DNA of 40,846 nucleotides from a virus (Duplodnaviria; Heunggongvirae; Uroviricota; Caudoviricetes): IMG/VR virus record IMGVR_UViG_2630968414_000015; one strand, 5' to 3'. Shown piece by piece: positions 1 to 8,330 of this stretch (position 1 is its first letter; each line of letters starts with the position of its first letter). The notes under the pieces were generated by a model. It saw only the letters and a program-made list of their open reading frames with translations, ran no database searches and was not told where the DNA came from. The position numbers and the translations under genes were made by a program.

Positions 1-738
1 TCATTCACTCTCTTTCAAACCAGTTTTAACTGTTTGTGGTTTTGGGTAAGGCTGGACTTTGAATAGCTTTGTGTTGAGGCGTTTTCTGGCCCTCTTGTTC
101 AGAAACCGGATGTAACGAAACTGTCGGAACTTATGAACACTGGCTCTGTCAATATTAGCCCTCAGATGTTCACCTCGTTGTCCGCCTCGTTTAATGGCAT
201 TCCTGCAAATCTCGTGATACCACTCGCCATCAAGTTCATAGAATATTGATTCATGGCTGCCTACATAATCAAAATTGCTTGCCTGATACACGACACCAAG
301 ACAGCCACAACGCTCATCTGCAAACGACTGAACCCACTGTACCTGCGGATAAAGCTGCCTGATTAGCTTGAGCGCGTAACTGATTGCCCTTGATTCGGAG
401 TTTCTCGGCATACAGTCATGCAGCCATAGCCGGTTAAGCTCCATATATTCTCGGTTCTGCGTACCCGTTACGACGCGTGCACCACTGTTTGGGTTAAGGG
501 CGTAACCCCATTGCATTACGCCAACAAGTTCCCGTTCTGAAAATATGCCCAGATGAAGGTAGGAGTTATTTACGAAACGGTGGCTGTAATGTTTATTGAC
601 GATGACCAGTCTGGCCAGCCAGCAACTTATTGTCTCAACCCGCAACTCACGGGAGCCATAACCAACGATATTGTCGTTATAGCGAATAAGTTCAGGCGTG
701 CTGATGATTCGGGATGTGACTTGCTTTCTGTTCCCCAC
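1..738 (-). CDS. mom: Mom-like DNA modification protein (245 aa)
   Basis: Start overlaps the 3' end of com by 47 bp, as in the Mu com-mom operon; last gene before the prophage end; stop codon at 1-3. Identity inferred from synteny and size, not from a recognised motif. Confidence 0.5.
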   Translation of the reverse strand: MGNRKQVTSRIISTPELIRYNDNIVGYGSRELRVETISCWLARLVIVNKHYSHRFVNNSYLHLGIFSERELVGVMQWGYALNPNSGARVVTGTQNREYMELNRLWLHDCMPRNSESRAISYALKLIRQLYPQVQWVQSFADERCGCLGVVYQASNFDYVGSHESIFYELDGEWYHEICRNAIKRGGQRGEHLRANIDRASVHKFRQFRYIRFLNKRARKRLNTKLFKVQPYPKPQTVKTGLKESE

Positions 739-892
739 GACAGGATTTCCTTGTGTATGTGGGGTGCTCTGTGGCGCTCGGAGATGTGATTTGATTGAGG
801 GTTTTACAGCGCGGACATTTTACTTCCAGATAACTGAAACTGGCCCGTGCCAGTAGCTTATTGCAGTGTCGGCACCGTATGTTTCGATACAT
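692..892 (-). CDS. com: Com zinc-finger translational activator of mom (66 aa from ATG 892)
   Basis: [14 protein letters not shown]...EVKCPRCK matches the remembered Mu Com pattern (IRC-x-NCNKLL ... CPRCK); AGGAGG about 11 nt upstream of ATG 892; the longer ORF to 937 starts at TTG and is less likely. Confidence 0.75.
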   Translation of the reverse strand: MYRNIRCRHCNKLLARASFSYLEVKCPRCKTLNQITSPSATEHPTYTRKSCRGEQKASHIPNHQHA

Positions 893-929
893 GACCGCAT
901 AACCTCCTGCTTTGTTGTTGATGCCTTTC

Positions 930-1085
930 TCATGCAATCGATCGACAAAAACGATCGATTCGATTTGTTTAATTGATACAACAAATAGATTGAAAAGTCA
1001 TCAACAATGATTCAGGGAGGTGATTATTTACTTAAAGAAAACGAAGAGTTAGGTGGTGAAAACGATCATAAAATGATCATTTTAT
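930..1085 (-). promoter_or_regulatory. com-mom upstream control region with clustered GATC palindromes
   Basis: AT-rich non-coding DNA upstream of com with GATC at 950-953, 963-966, 1064-1067 and 1075-1078, inside palindromes TCGATCGA and ATAAAATGATCATTTTAT. Mu mom is controlled by Dam methylation of upstream GATC sites (OxyR) and by activator C. Confidence 0.45.
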
Positions 1086-1461
1086 TGACTTTTTATACAG
1101 TGAAGGTAGGATCACGCGTATATGTAGTATGTTTCAAATCAACAGGATACTACATAAAAGTGAAACCCAGCATAGCTGGAACTATGCTGGGTCAATCTGT
1201 AAAAACTTGCATCAATGCTTTACTTCGAGCTCGTGGCGTATCCTATGATATTCCCCGGTCTCCTGTAAAGCAGAGATGCATAAAAAGGAGATCTTTATCA
1301 TGGATGAAAGAGCCTGTTTGCCCTGCCTGTAAGACTCCCTTACAGCTCATCTATCGCCGTTCTCGATCTCAAAATGGCAAGACATACAAACCCAAAAATG
1401 CTTCCTGTTTCAGGATGCTGATATGTCCTGCCTGTTCTCCCAGGAGGGAAAATACACAAAA

Positions 1462-1500
1462 CGTGCATTAACAAACTCACCCGGCAGGGAAACCTGCCGG
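1462..1500 (-). terminator. Intrinsic terminator after the two-gene small operon
   Basis: Perfect 8-bp stem CCGGCAGG/CCTGCCGG with GAAA loop (1481-1500) directly after the stop of ORF 1510-1755; on the minus strand it is followed by GUGAGUUUGUUAAUG. Confidence 0.45.
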
Positions 1501-1509
1501 TCGGTATTG

Positions 1510-1755
1510 TTACATCATAGTACCGTCAGTTCCGGGCTGAACCGGCTCTGGTTGCTCTACGGGTTGAGGATCATTTTCCGTGCTGTTTTCAGCCGGAGAA
1601 CGGCCAACCATTCGGGCCAGCACTTCATCAACATATGCGTCGATTTGTGCCTCAAAATCCTTGCGAACCTGCGCCTTCAGCACGCGGTTCACTTCTTCAG
1701 AATAAAGTGCCTGTTTGACAAGCTCTTCAGTAACCGTGCCTTTAATCTCTGGCAT
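1510..1755 (-). CDS. Hypothetical acidic protein (81 aa), cargo
   Basis: ORF with AAGGAG 7 nt upstream of the ATG; Glu/Pro-rich C-terminal tail; no recognised family. Confidence 0.55.
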   Translation of the reverse strand: MPEIKGTVTEELVKQALYSEEVNRVLKAQVRKDFEAQIDAYVDEVLARMVGRSPAENSTENDPQPVEQPEPVQPGTDGTMM

Positions 1756-1790
1756 GAATATTCTCCTTTTGCAGGTATATTGCCCCGTTA

Positions 1791-1973
1791 TCAGAGCGGG
1801 GTCGGGTCGTTTGGGGATGACGGTGCCTGTGCTGTTTTACTGAGTTTTTCAGCTGCCGCATCATCAATTTTACGGCGAATATAATTTCTGATGACCTTAT
1901 AACCACCGCTCACCAGATATAACGCACTGACCACAGCGCAGAAATAAAGCAGCATTGTATGAACGAATGTCAT
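1791..1973 (-). CDS. Small membrane protein (60 aa), cargo
   Basis: ORF with AAGGTAAGG upstream; one predicted N-terminal transmembrane helix (MLLYFCAVVSALYLVSGGY) followed by a basic segment. Confidence 0.55.
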   Translation of the reverse strand: MTFVHTMLLYFCAVVSALYLVSGGYKVIRNYIRRKIDDAAAEKLSKTAQAPSSPNDPTPL

Positions 1974-2041
1974 ATAACCTTACCTTTGATATTGACTACA
2001 TAATTCGTTATCGGGTAAAAACATCGAAGCGACTGATAACC

Positions 2042-2066
2042 ACTCCTTCGGGAGTATTTTTATTTT
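2042..2066 (+). terminator. Intrinsic terminator-like hairpin, + strand
   Basis: ACTCC-TTCG-GGAGT hairpin followed by ATTTTTATTTT; oriented opposite to all neighbouring genes. Confidence 0.4.
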
Positions 2067-2085
2067 CCTTTATGGGTTAGGTAGC

Positions 2086-2121
2086 TCCCGCCAGCCATAT
2101 CATGACCGGCGGGATTTTTTT
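2086..2121 (+). terminator. Intrinsic terminator-like hairpin, + strand
   Basis: TCCCGCC ... GGCGGGA stem (15-nt loop) followed by TTTTTTT; overlaps the stop of the esterase gene fragment. Confidence 0.3.
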
Positions 2122-2566
2122 ATTCTGTTACCGCTTTTTTCACTTCCACCACAATGCTGTCAATCAGCACCGGGTAAGTTGCATTTTTTGTGATATCCGT
2201 TACGCGGAGTTTGTCCACCGGGAAAGTTCCTACTGGTGACTGCGTCAGGGTAAACGCGGCACCATCCTGACCATCAATAACCGGAATAACCTGAAGGCTG
2301 TTATTTCCTGCAAAACGGAAGGCCAGCGTATGCCATTCATTATCAAATGCACCAAAGGTTCCCAGTTTCTGGTTATTTGTTGCCACTTTTGCATTGTGGT
2401 ACATCACATTCAGGTCTTTTGCGTCTGTCTGGATGTAGAACGATGCCAGCAGATTATTCCCTGCATCCCCTGTCAGGGTGACACCCTGCGGCAGAGAGGA
2501 AACCGGCCAGTAAAGCCCCATGACATACTGGTTTGCCACCAGGTCGCCAGGTACTTTAAAACGACA
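2120..2566 (-). pseudogene. C-terminal fragment (about 148 codons) of the IS-disrupted esterase-like gene
   Basis: Reading frame continues exactly across the IS66 insertion: ...LISCR | FKVPGDLVANQYV...; the first codons of the predicted ORF (MYAY) are IS-derived. Confidence 0.7.
2559..2566. repeat. Target-site duplication AAACGACA (left copy)
   Basis: Identical 8-bp direct repeat immediately flanks both IS ends (2559-2566 and 5009-5016). Confidence 0.85.
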
Positions 2567-2637
2567 GTAAGCGTACATCCTGAACCGTCTGGTCAGAATC
2601 TGACGAATTAGACAAAGTGGTGTCCACCAAATAAGTA

Positions 2638-3039
2638 GTGGGAACCAAAGTATCAGATATGCAGAAAAATGTGACTCCCGGCAGGCGAAAAGGCTGCCCT
2701 AATTATCCTCCCGAATTTAAACAGCAGCTCGTTGCTGCCTCCTGTGAACCCGGGATATCCATCTCAAAACTTGCTCTTGAAAATGGCATTAACGCCAATC
2801 TGTTGTTCAAATGGCGACAACAATGGCGCGAGGGAAAGCTGCTATTACCTTCTTCAGAGAGCCCCCAGCTACTTCCTGTGACTCTCGATGCAGCTGCCGA
2901 ACAGCCAGAATCGCTCGCAGAGGACCCGGAAACCCTCAGTATCAGCTGTGAGGTAACGTTCCGGCACGGGACGCTCCGCTTCAATGGCAATGTCAGCGAA
3001 AAGCTCCTGACTCTGCTGATACAGGAACTGAAGCGATGA
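2638..3039 (+). CDS. IS66 accessory protein Orf1 (TnpA-like)
   Basis: 133-aa ORF, first gene of the IS66 triad; stop overlaps the orf2 start (ATGA). Confidence 0.8.
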   Translation: MGTKVSDMQKNVTPGRRKGCPNYPPEFKQQLVAASCEPGISISKLALENGINANLLFKWRQQWREGKLLLPSSESPQLLPVTLDAAAEQPESLAEDPETLSISCEVTFRHGTLRFNGNVSEKLLTLLIQELKR

Positions 3040-3383
3040 TCCCGTTACCTTCCGGGACCAAAATTTGGCTGGTTGCCGGTATCACCGATATGAGAAATGG
3101 CTTCAACGGCCTGGCTGCGAAAGTACAAACGGCGCTGAAAGACGATCCCATGTCCGGCCATGTTTTCATTTTCCGGGGCCGCAGCGGCAGTCAGGTTAAA
3201 CTGCTGTGGTCCACCGGTGACGGACTGTGCCTCCTGACCAAACGGCTGGAGCGTGGGCGCTTCGCCTGGCCGTCAGCCCGTGATGGCAAAGTGTTCCTTA
3301 CGCAGGCGCAGCTGGCGATGCTGCTGGAAGGTATCGACTGGCGACAGCCTAAGCGGCTGCTGACCTCCCTGACCATGCTGTAA
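3036..3383 (+). CDS. IS66 Orf2 (TnpB-like)
   Basis: 115-aa ORF ([27 protein letters not shown]...) typical of IS66 orf2. Confidence 0.85.
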   Translation: MIPLPSGTKIWLVAGITDMRNGFNGLAAKVQTALKDDPMSGHVFIFRGRSGSQVKLLWSTGDGLCLLTKRLERGRFAWPSARDGKVFLTQAQLAMLLEGIDWRQPKRLLTSLTML

Positions 3384-3432
3384 ATCTCTTTATCCTGGTT
3401 GTCACAGAATAAGCCCGGTAAAATACGGGCTT

Positions 3433-4971
3433 ATGAACGACATCTCTTCTGACGACATCTTCCTGCTGAAACAGCGCCTGGCCGAACAGGAAGCGCTGAT
3501 CCACGCCCTGCAGGAAAAGCTGAGCAACCGGGAGCGCGAAATAGACCATCTGCAGGCGCAGCTGGATAAACTCCGCCGGATGAACTTCGGCAGTCGTTCC
3601 GAAAAAGTCTCCCGCCGTATCGCACAAATGGAAGCCGATCTGAACCGGCTTCAGAAAGAGAGCGATACGCTGACTGGTAGGGTGTATGACCCGGCAGTAC
3701 AGCGTCCGTTGCGTCAGACCCGCACCCGTAAGCCGTTCCCTGAATCACTACCCCGTGACGAAAAGCGACTGTTGCCTGCGGCGCCGTGCTGCCCGAACTG
3801 CGGCGGTTCACTGAGCTATCTGGGCGAGGATACCGCCGAACAGCTGGAGTTGATGCGTAGCGCCTTCCGGGTTATCCGGACGGTACGGGAAAAACATGCC
3901 TGTACTCAGTGCGATGCCATCGTGCAGGCACCTGCACCTTCGCGGCCCATCGAGCGGGGTATCGCCGGACCGGGGCTGCTGGCCCGCGTGCTGACCTCGA
4001 AGTATGCAGAGCACACCCCGCTGTATCGCCAGTCAGAAATATACGGCCGGCAAGGTGTGGAGCTGAGGCGTTCACTGCTGTCGGGCTGGGTGGATGCATG
4101 CTGCCGGCTGCTGTCTCCGCTGGAAGAGGCGCTTCATGGCTATGTCATGACTGACGGCAAACTCCATGCCGATGATACCCCGGTCCAGGTACTGCTGCCG
4201 GGTAATAAGAAGACGAAGACCGGGCGGTTGTGGGCGTATGTTCGTGATGACCGCAATGCAGGGTCAGCGTTGGCACCTGCAGTGTGGTTCGCTTACAGCC
4301 CGGACAGAAAAGGCATCCATCCGCAGACTCATCTTGCCTGCTTCAGCGGTGTGCTGCAAGCGGATGCGTACGCCGGGTTCAACGAGCTGTATCGCAATGG
4401 TGGGATAACGGAAGCTGCCTGCTGGGCTCATGCCCGCCGAAAGATCCACGATGTGCACGTCCGCATCCCGTCAGCACTGACGGAAGAAGCCCTGGAGCAG
4501 ATCGGTCAGTTGTACGCCATAGAGGCGGATATAAGGGGAATGCCGGCAGAGCAGCGGCTTGCTGAACGTCAGCGAAAAACGAAACCGTTGTTGAAATCCC
4601 TGGAAAGCTGGTTGCGTGAAAAGATGAAGACCCTGTCGCGACACTCAGAGTTGGCGAAGGCGTTCGCGTACGCACTTAACCAGTGGCCGGCACTGACGTA
4701 CTATGCGAACGATGGCTGGGTGGAAATCGACAACAACATCGCTGAAAATGCCCTGCGGGCGGTCAGTCTGGGTCGTAAAAACTTCCTGTTCTTCGGCTCT
4801 GATCATGGTGGTGAGCGGGGAGCGCTACTGTACAGCCTGATCGGGACGTGCAAACTGAATGACGTGGATCCAGAAAGCTACCTTCGCCATGTGCTTGGCG
4901 TCATAGCAGACTGGCCGGTCAACCGGGTCAGCGAACTGCTTCCGTGGCGCATAGCACTGCCAGCTGAATAA
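3433..4971 (+). CDS. IS66-family transposase (TnpC)
   Basis: 512-aa ORF with N-terminal leucine-zipper-like region, a CxxC...CxxC zinc motif (CCPNCGG...CTQCD) and a DDE-type core, as in IS66 transposases. Confidence 0.9.
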   Translation: MNDISSDDIFLLKQRLAEQEALIHALQEKLSNREREIDHLQAQLDKLRRMNFGSRSEKVSRRIAQMEADLNRLQKESDTLTGRVYDPAVQRPLRQTRTRKPFPESLPRDEKRLLPAAPCCPNCGGSLSYLGEDTAEQLELMRSAFRVIRTVREKHACTQCDAIVQAPAPSRPIERGIAGPGLLARVLTSKYAEHTPLYRQSEIYGRQGVELRRSLLSGWVDACCRLLSPLEEALHGYVMTDGKLHADDTPVQVLLPGNKKTKTGRLWAYVRDDRNAGSALAPAVWFAYSPDRKGIHPQTHLACFSGVLQADAYAGFNELYRNGGITEAACWAHARRKIHDVHVRIPSALTEEALEQIGQLYAIEADIRGMPAEQRLAERQRKTKPLLKSLESWLREKMKTLSRHSELAKAFAYALNQWPALTYYANDGWVEIDNNIAENALRAVSLGRKNFLFFGSDHGGERGALLYSLIGTCKLNDVDPESYLRHVLGVIADWPVNRVSELLPWRIALPAE

Positions 4972-5004
4972 CACATCCCCGTCAATACGGCCCTCGCTGT
5001 ACGC

Positions 5005-6609
5005 TTACAAACGACAACTGATTAAACCACCATTTTTCAGCAGTTCAGCACCAGTACCGGCATCATGATCCAGATACCAGGATGATTTACCTGTTTCCTT
5101 GGTCAGTTTCATTGCCTTACCACCTGTGCCTCCTGCATCACTGATAATTTCAGCTTTACCGCCAGCCGGCTCCCAGCCCTGGGCTTTCAGATTTCCTTCT
5201 GACTCACTGACACGATAAGACAGCAGTGTTGTGGTTACTGCTTCAGTTTCTGAAGGTGACGGCACTGGTGCTTCAGTTTCAGAAGATGGAACATCGGCTT
5301 TTACTGTGGTTCGCCCCGCATGAGTCAGAACTGCCGTGGCCAGACGGTCGGAAATAATCCCACGACGTGCCCATGAACTGAAATGGCTGGCCCGGTCCGC
5401 AGATGTCCAGGTGGCGGCACTGTTACGCCACGTTGAGCCGTAATAACCAATGGATTCAATATCCGGGTCTTCTGCCGGATTGTTGGTGGGTACATTCGCG
5501 TCATTTTCATCTGTCATTAATGGAACGAAATGAATGTTTTTATCTGTTTTGTTTTTGTAGCCGCCATAGATTGCCTGGTATGCCGGTTCATTTTTCTGTT
5601 TCCAGAAATACGTGGTATCGCCACAAATCCACGGAACGCCAGCAGCACTGCCACCGGTACACTGTTCCGCCTGTTCAGCCAGGTCTGCGCGGAATTTTTC
5701 CACCATCGCCAGAAACAGCGCGGAATGCTCCGTCGGCTTCGCATCAATATCAAACTCGCCCTGCATCCACACCACAGCAAGCAGGCGGTTTTTCGGGTTC
5801 TTCGCCAGTGCCGCTTTTGTCCGGCTGATTAAGTCCTTATACAGCGGCTTATCCACACCCCAGCGGGCTGAGTCCTCTGAAGCACCCGTGCTGTCACTGT
5901 ACGTGCCGTCAGCACCCGCCGTGAATGCAGAACCACCACGGCAGCAGGGAACCAGCAGAATCCCCGCATCTGCCGGAATAAACGGCAGCAGTTTTTTGGC
6001 AATGTGAAGCCCCTGACCCACGGTGCCATATTGCCCTTTAGCCACATCCGCTTTCGGGTGATTTTTTCCACTCATATCCTGCACATCATGCAGACAGTGG
6101 TCGGCCAGAATGATGTCGTTATACTGACAGGCTTTACCTCCCGGCGTGACTGTACTGCGACGGGCTAACTGCATAATACGCGGTTCGGGGCGGTCATATG
6201 TCTCCGGCAGTGGCAGACCTTCACCGTAAGCCATACCGTTTGACTGACCAGCAAGAACCACCACGTAATACCTGGAAGGGGAGCTGGAAGCAGTTTCATT
6301 TCCTGACGGACGGGTATGTGTTTCAGCATTATCCCAGTCTGACGGTTCAGCAGTACCGGCAACATCAGCACTTAACGGAATGACCGCACCAATACCCGCT
6401 CCGGTAATTTCCACACTCGGATCACCGGATACTGGCCTTACCCACAGGCAATCCTGTGTATTAAAACTGATGAGACAGTCAGCAAATGTCATTCCTCCTT
6501 TCGTTTCAGCAGGAGGAAAGGGAGCCTCAAGAAATGCCGCTGTACCACCGGAAACTTTAACGGTAAAGTTTCCGGGCATTGATGATAGTTGAACCCATTT
6601 GGACGTCAT
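5005..6609 (-). pseudogene. N-terminal 533 codons of a putative SGNH/SASA-family carbohydrate esterase (NanS-p-like), truncated by IS66
   Basis: Motif VVVLAGQSNGMAYGEG resembles the GQSN(M) serine block of sialate O-acetylesterase (SASA) family proteins; Ser/Thr/Pro/Glu linker (ETEAPVPSPSETEAVTTT) before a C-terminal domain; the last codon and stop are supplied by the IS end. Confidence 0.45.
5009..5016. repeat. Target-site duplication AAACGACA (right copy)
   Basis: See left copy. Confidence 0.85.
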
Positions 6610-6689
6610 AATAATCAGCCTGTTCCTGAATAAACTGAATTATCATATCCACAGACCGATAAACGCCATTTTGCGTTAATTCAGTAAAG

Positions 6690-6727
6690 GCCCAACAAAG
6701 AGAGCGTCTTATTTTTCCGAAACGCTC
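6690..6727 (-). terminator. Possible terminator at the gin 3' end
   Basis: GAGCGT/ACGCTC stem spanning the gin stop codon, followed on the minus strand by UCUUUGUUGGG; loop is long (14 nt). Confidence 0.25.
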
Positions 6728-7269
6728 GCAGGATAATAACGATAAAGGGTTGAAAGGCCGATATCAAAAATAAGTGCCACCTGTCTTCGACTGACACCCC
6801 CGGCCAGTAAACGCCCGACCTGCTCGTATTGTTCCTGCGTGAGACGACGGGGTCTGCCGCCGGTTCGTCCCCTTTCACGGGCAGCTGCAAGACCAGCCCG
6901 TGTCCGTTCGACAATTAATTCACGCTCCATTTCTGCCAGCGCACCCATTATGTGAAAAAAGAAGCGCCCCATGGGGGTTGACGTATCAATGTTGTCAGTA
7001 AGACTACGAAAATTTATCCCCTGTTGCTGTAATTCATCTGTCAGCGCAACAAGGTGGCGCATACTGCGCCCCAGCCTGTCCAGTTTCCAGACCATCAGTG
7101 TGTCACCGGGTTTTAGTTTCTTCAGTGCCCGCTTCAGTCCCGGCCGCTGTGTCGTTTTACCACTCATTTTATCTTCAAAAATCTGCTCACATCCTGCACA
7201 TTCCAGCGCATTTCTTTGTAAACCTGTGTTCTGGTCATTTGTTGATACGCGTATATAGCCAATCAGCAT
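6709..7269 (-). CDS. gin: Serine DNA invertase (Gin/Hin/Pin/Cin family)
   Basis: MLIGYIRVSTNDQN... N-terminal catalytic serine motif, resolvase/invertase fold, C-terminal HTH; sits next to an invertible tail-fibre segment. Confidence 0.9.
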   Translation of the reverse strand: MLIGYIRVSTNDQNTGLQRNALECAGCEQIFEDKMSGKTTQRPGLKRALKKLKPGDTLMVWKLDRLGRSMRHLVALTDELQQQGINFRSLTDNIDTSTPMGRFFFHIMGALAEMERELIVERTRAGLAAARERGRTGGRPRRLTQEQYEQVGRLLAGGVSRRQVALIFDIGLSTLYRYYPASVSEK

Positions 7270-7325
7270 GTATTTACCTTCCTTAAAAAGAGGTGGAAAG
7301 GCCTTTTAAAGCAGATATACGGCAT

Positions 7326-7351
7326 CCCTGAAACCTTCGGTTTACGGGATA
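7326..7351 (+). other. gix-like recombination site (gin-proximal)
   Basis: GAAACC-TT-CGGTTTACGGGAT; shares the 11-bp core GGTTTACGGGA with the inverted site at 8700-8725. Exact 26-bp register is uncertain. Confidence 0.55.
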
Positions 7352-7695
7352 CTGTAAACAGGGCCGCGAATGCCCTGCCATCGAACGGAGCGGCTGTTGC
7401 AGCGAATAAACTCGCCACTCCAAGAAATATTAATGGTGTCCCATTTGACGGAACGCAGGATATAAATATTACATCGGGGATGACGCAGTCTGTGGCTGAC
7501 TCACGTTATGTTCAAAGCATTCGAAGAGGTTCAAGGTCAACGATTGGAATGCAATATAATATTTTTGAGGTTCCTGACGGATGCGTACTTACAGGGCTTG
7601 ATGTCGCTGGTGATGGTAATGCAACGGTAACCGCATATTATCGACCTGTTCAGTTTCTGATAGATGGTTCGTGGAAAACAGCTTCCAGCGCATAA
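7339..7695 (+). other. Silent alternative tail-fibre C-terminal cassette (Sv'-like), no start codon of its own
   Basis: Frame-1 translation from 7339 (GLRDTVNRAANALPSNGAAVAANKLATPRNINGVPFDGTQDINITSGMTQSVADSRYVQ...) parallels residues about 196-255 of the expressed fibre, then diverges to a different C-terminal tip ending YYRPVQFLIDGSWKTASSA; stop at 7693-7695. Confidence 0.7.
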
Positions 7696-7774
7696 AAGTG
7701 CAGTAGTTCAAAAAACAGATTATCTGAATAAATATATGATGATTTTGTCTTTTCAACAAAAACAAGGTGAAATA

Positions 7775-8296
7775 ATGGAGCTTATTAACGTAAAACGATA
7801 TTACCCGGAACACAAACCCTATGGTGAGGATGTTCAGTATTTCCAGAGTGAGGACGGAAGGGATTTTTATGAATCTATCCCGCTTTTCACAAAGAAATAC
7901 AAACTCTGTATTTCGCCTGTAACGGGTATTATCTGCTCTGTTGCTGAAGATGTCTCTGCTTTATATCCGGCAGGTTTTACTGTTGTTGAAGTGGACGAAC
8001 TGCCGGAAGGTGTGAATATTGACGGTAACTGGCAGTTTTCTGATGGCCTGATATCAAAGGTGCCGGTAAACTGGAAGACGGTTGCTGAAAAGCGCCGCTC
8101 ATCGCTGCTCCAGGAAGCCAACGAAACTGTGGATGACTGGAAAACGGAATTAAAACTGGACATGATTAGCGATGAAAATAAATTACAGCTGACGCGCTGG
8201 ATGGCGTATATCCGACAGCTTAAAGAAATGCACTTTAATGATATTGCCAGTGAGGGGCATTACCAGGCGATTCCCTGGCCGGAAAAACCGGAATAA
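7775..8296 (+). CDS. Tail fibre assembly protein (Tfa/U-like), co-oriented with the silent cassette
   Basis: C-terminus ...WMAYIRQLKEMHFNDIASEGHYQAIPWPEKPE resembles the Tfa chaperone family; AAGGTGA 7 nt upstream of ATG 7775. The longer ORF from 7664 overlaps the cassette and is less likely. Confidence 0.7.
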   Translation: MELINVKRYYPEHKPYGEDVQYFQSEDGRDFYESIPLFTKKYKLCISPVTGIICSVAEDVSALYPAGFTVVEVDELPEGVNIDGNWQFSDGLISKVPVNWKTVAEKRRSSLLQEANETVDDWKTELKLDMISDENKLQLTRWMAYIRQLKEMHFNDIASEGHYQAIPWPEKPE

Positions 8297-8330
8297 TTCA
8301 GAGGGTGCATTCAGCACCCTTTTCTGTGGT

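Larger units (their letters stand above)
2567..5008 (+). mobile_element. IS66-family insertion sequence (ISEc8-like), 2442 bp
   Basis: Three-ORF IS66 layout (orf1, orf2, transposase); terminal inverted repeats begin GTAAGCGTACA at both ends (11/11 identical); 8-bp target duplication. Confidence 0.9.

Noticed and set aside
1007-1471. 154-aa + strand ORF, including a 55-aa C-terminal part with a CPAC...CPAC zinc-ribbon-like pattern (1304-1471)
   Set aside because: The 5' two-thirds cover the AT-rich com-mom regulatory region with the GATC palindromes, and the 3' end runs into the U-tract of the minus-strand terminator. There is no convincing ribosome-binding site at the right spacing. Possibly a real small gene, but not supportable.
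1423-1884. 153-aa + strand ORF
   Set aside because: Overlaps two well-supported minus-strand genes and the terminator hairpin; likely a shadow ORF.
3431-4675. Several 60-126-aa ORFs on the minus strand and in other + frames inside the IS66 transposase gene
   Set aside because: Contained within the well-supported transposase ORF; typical GC-rich shadow frames.
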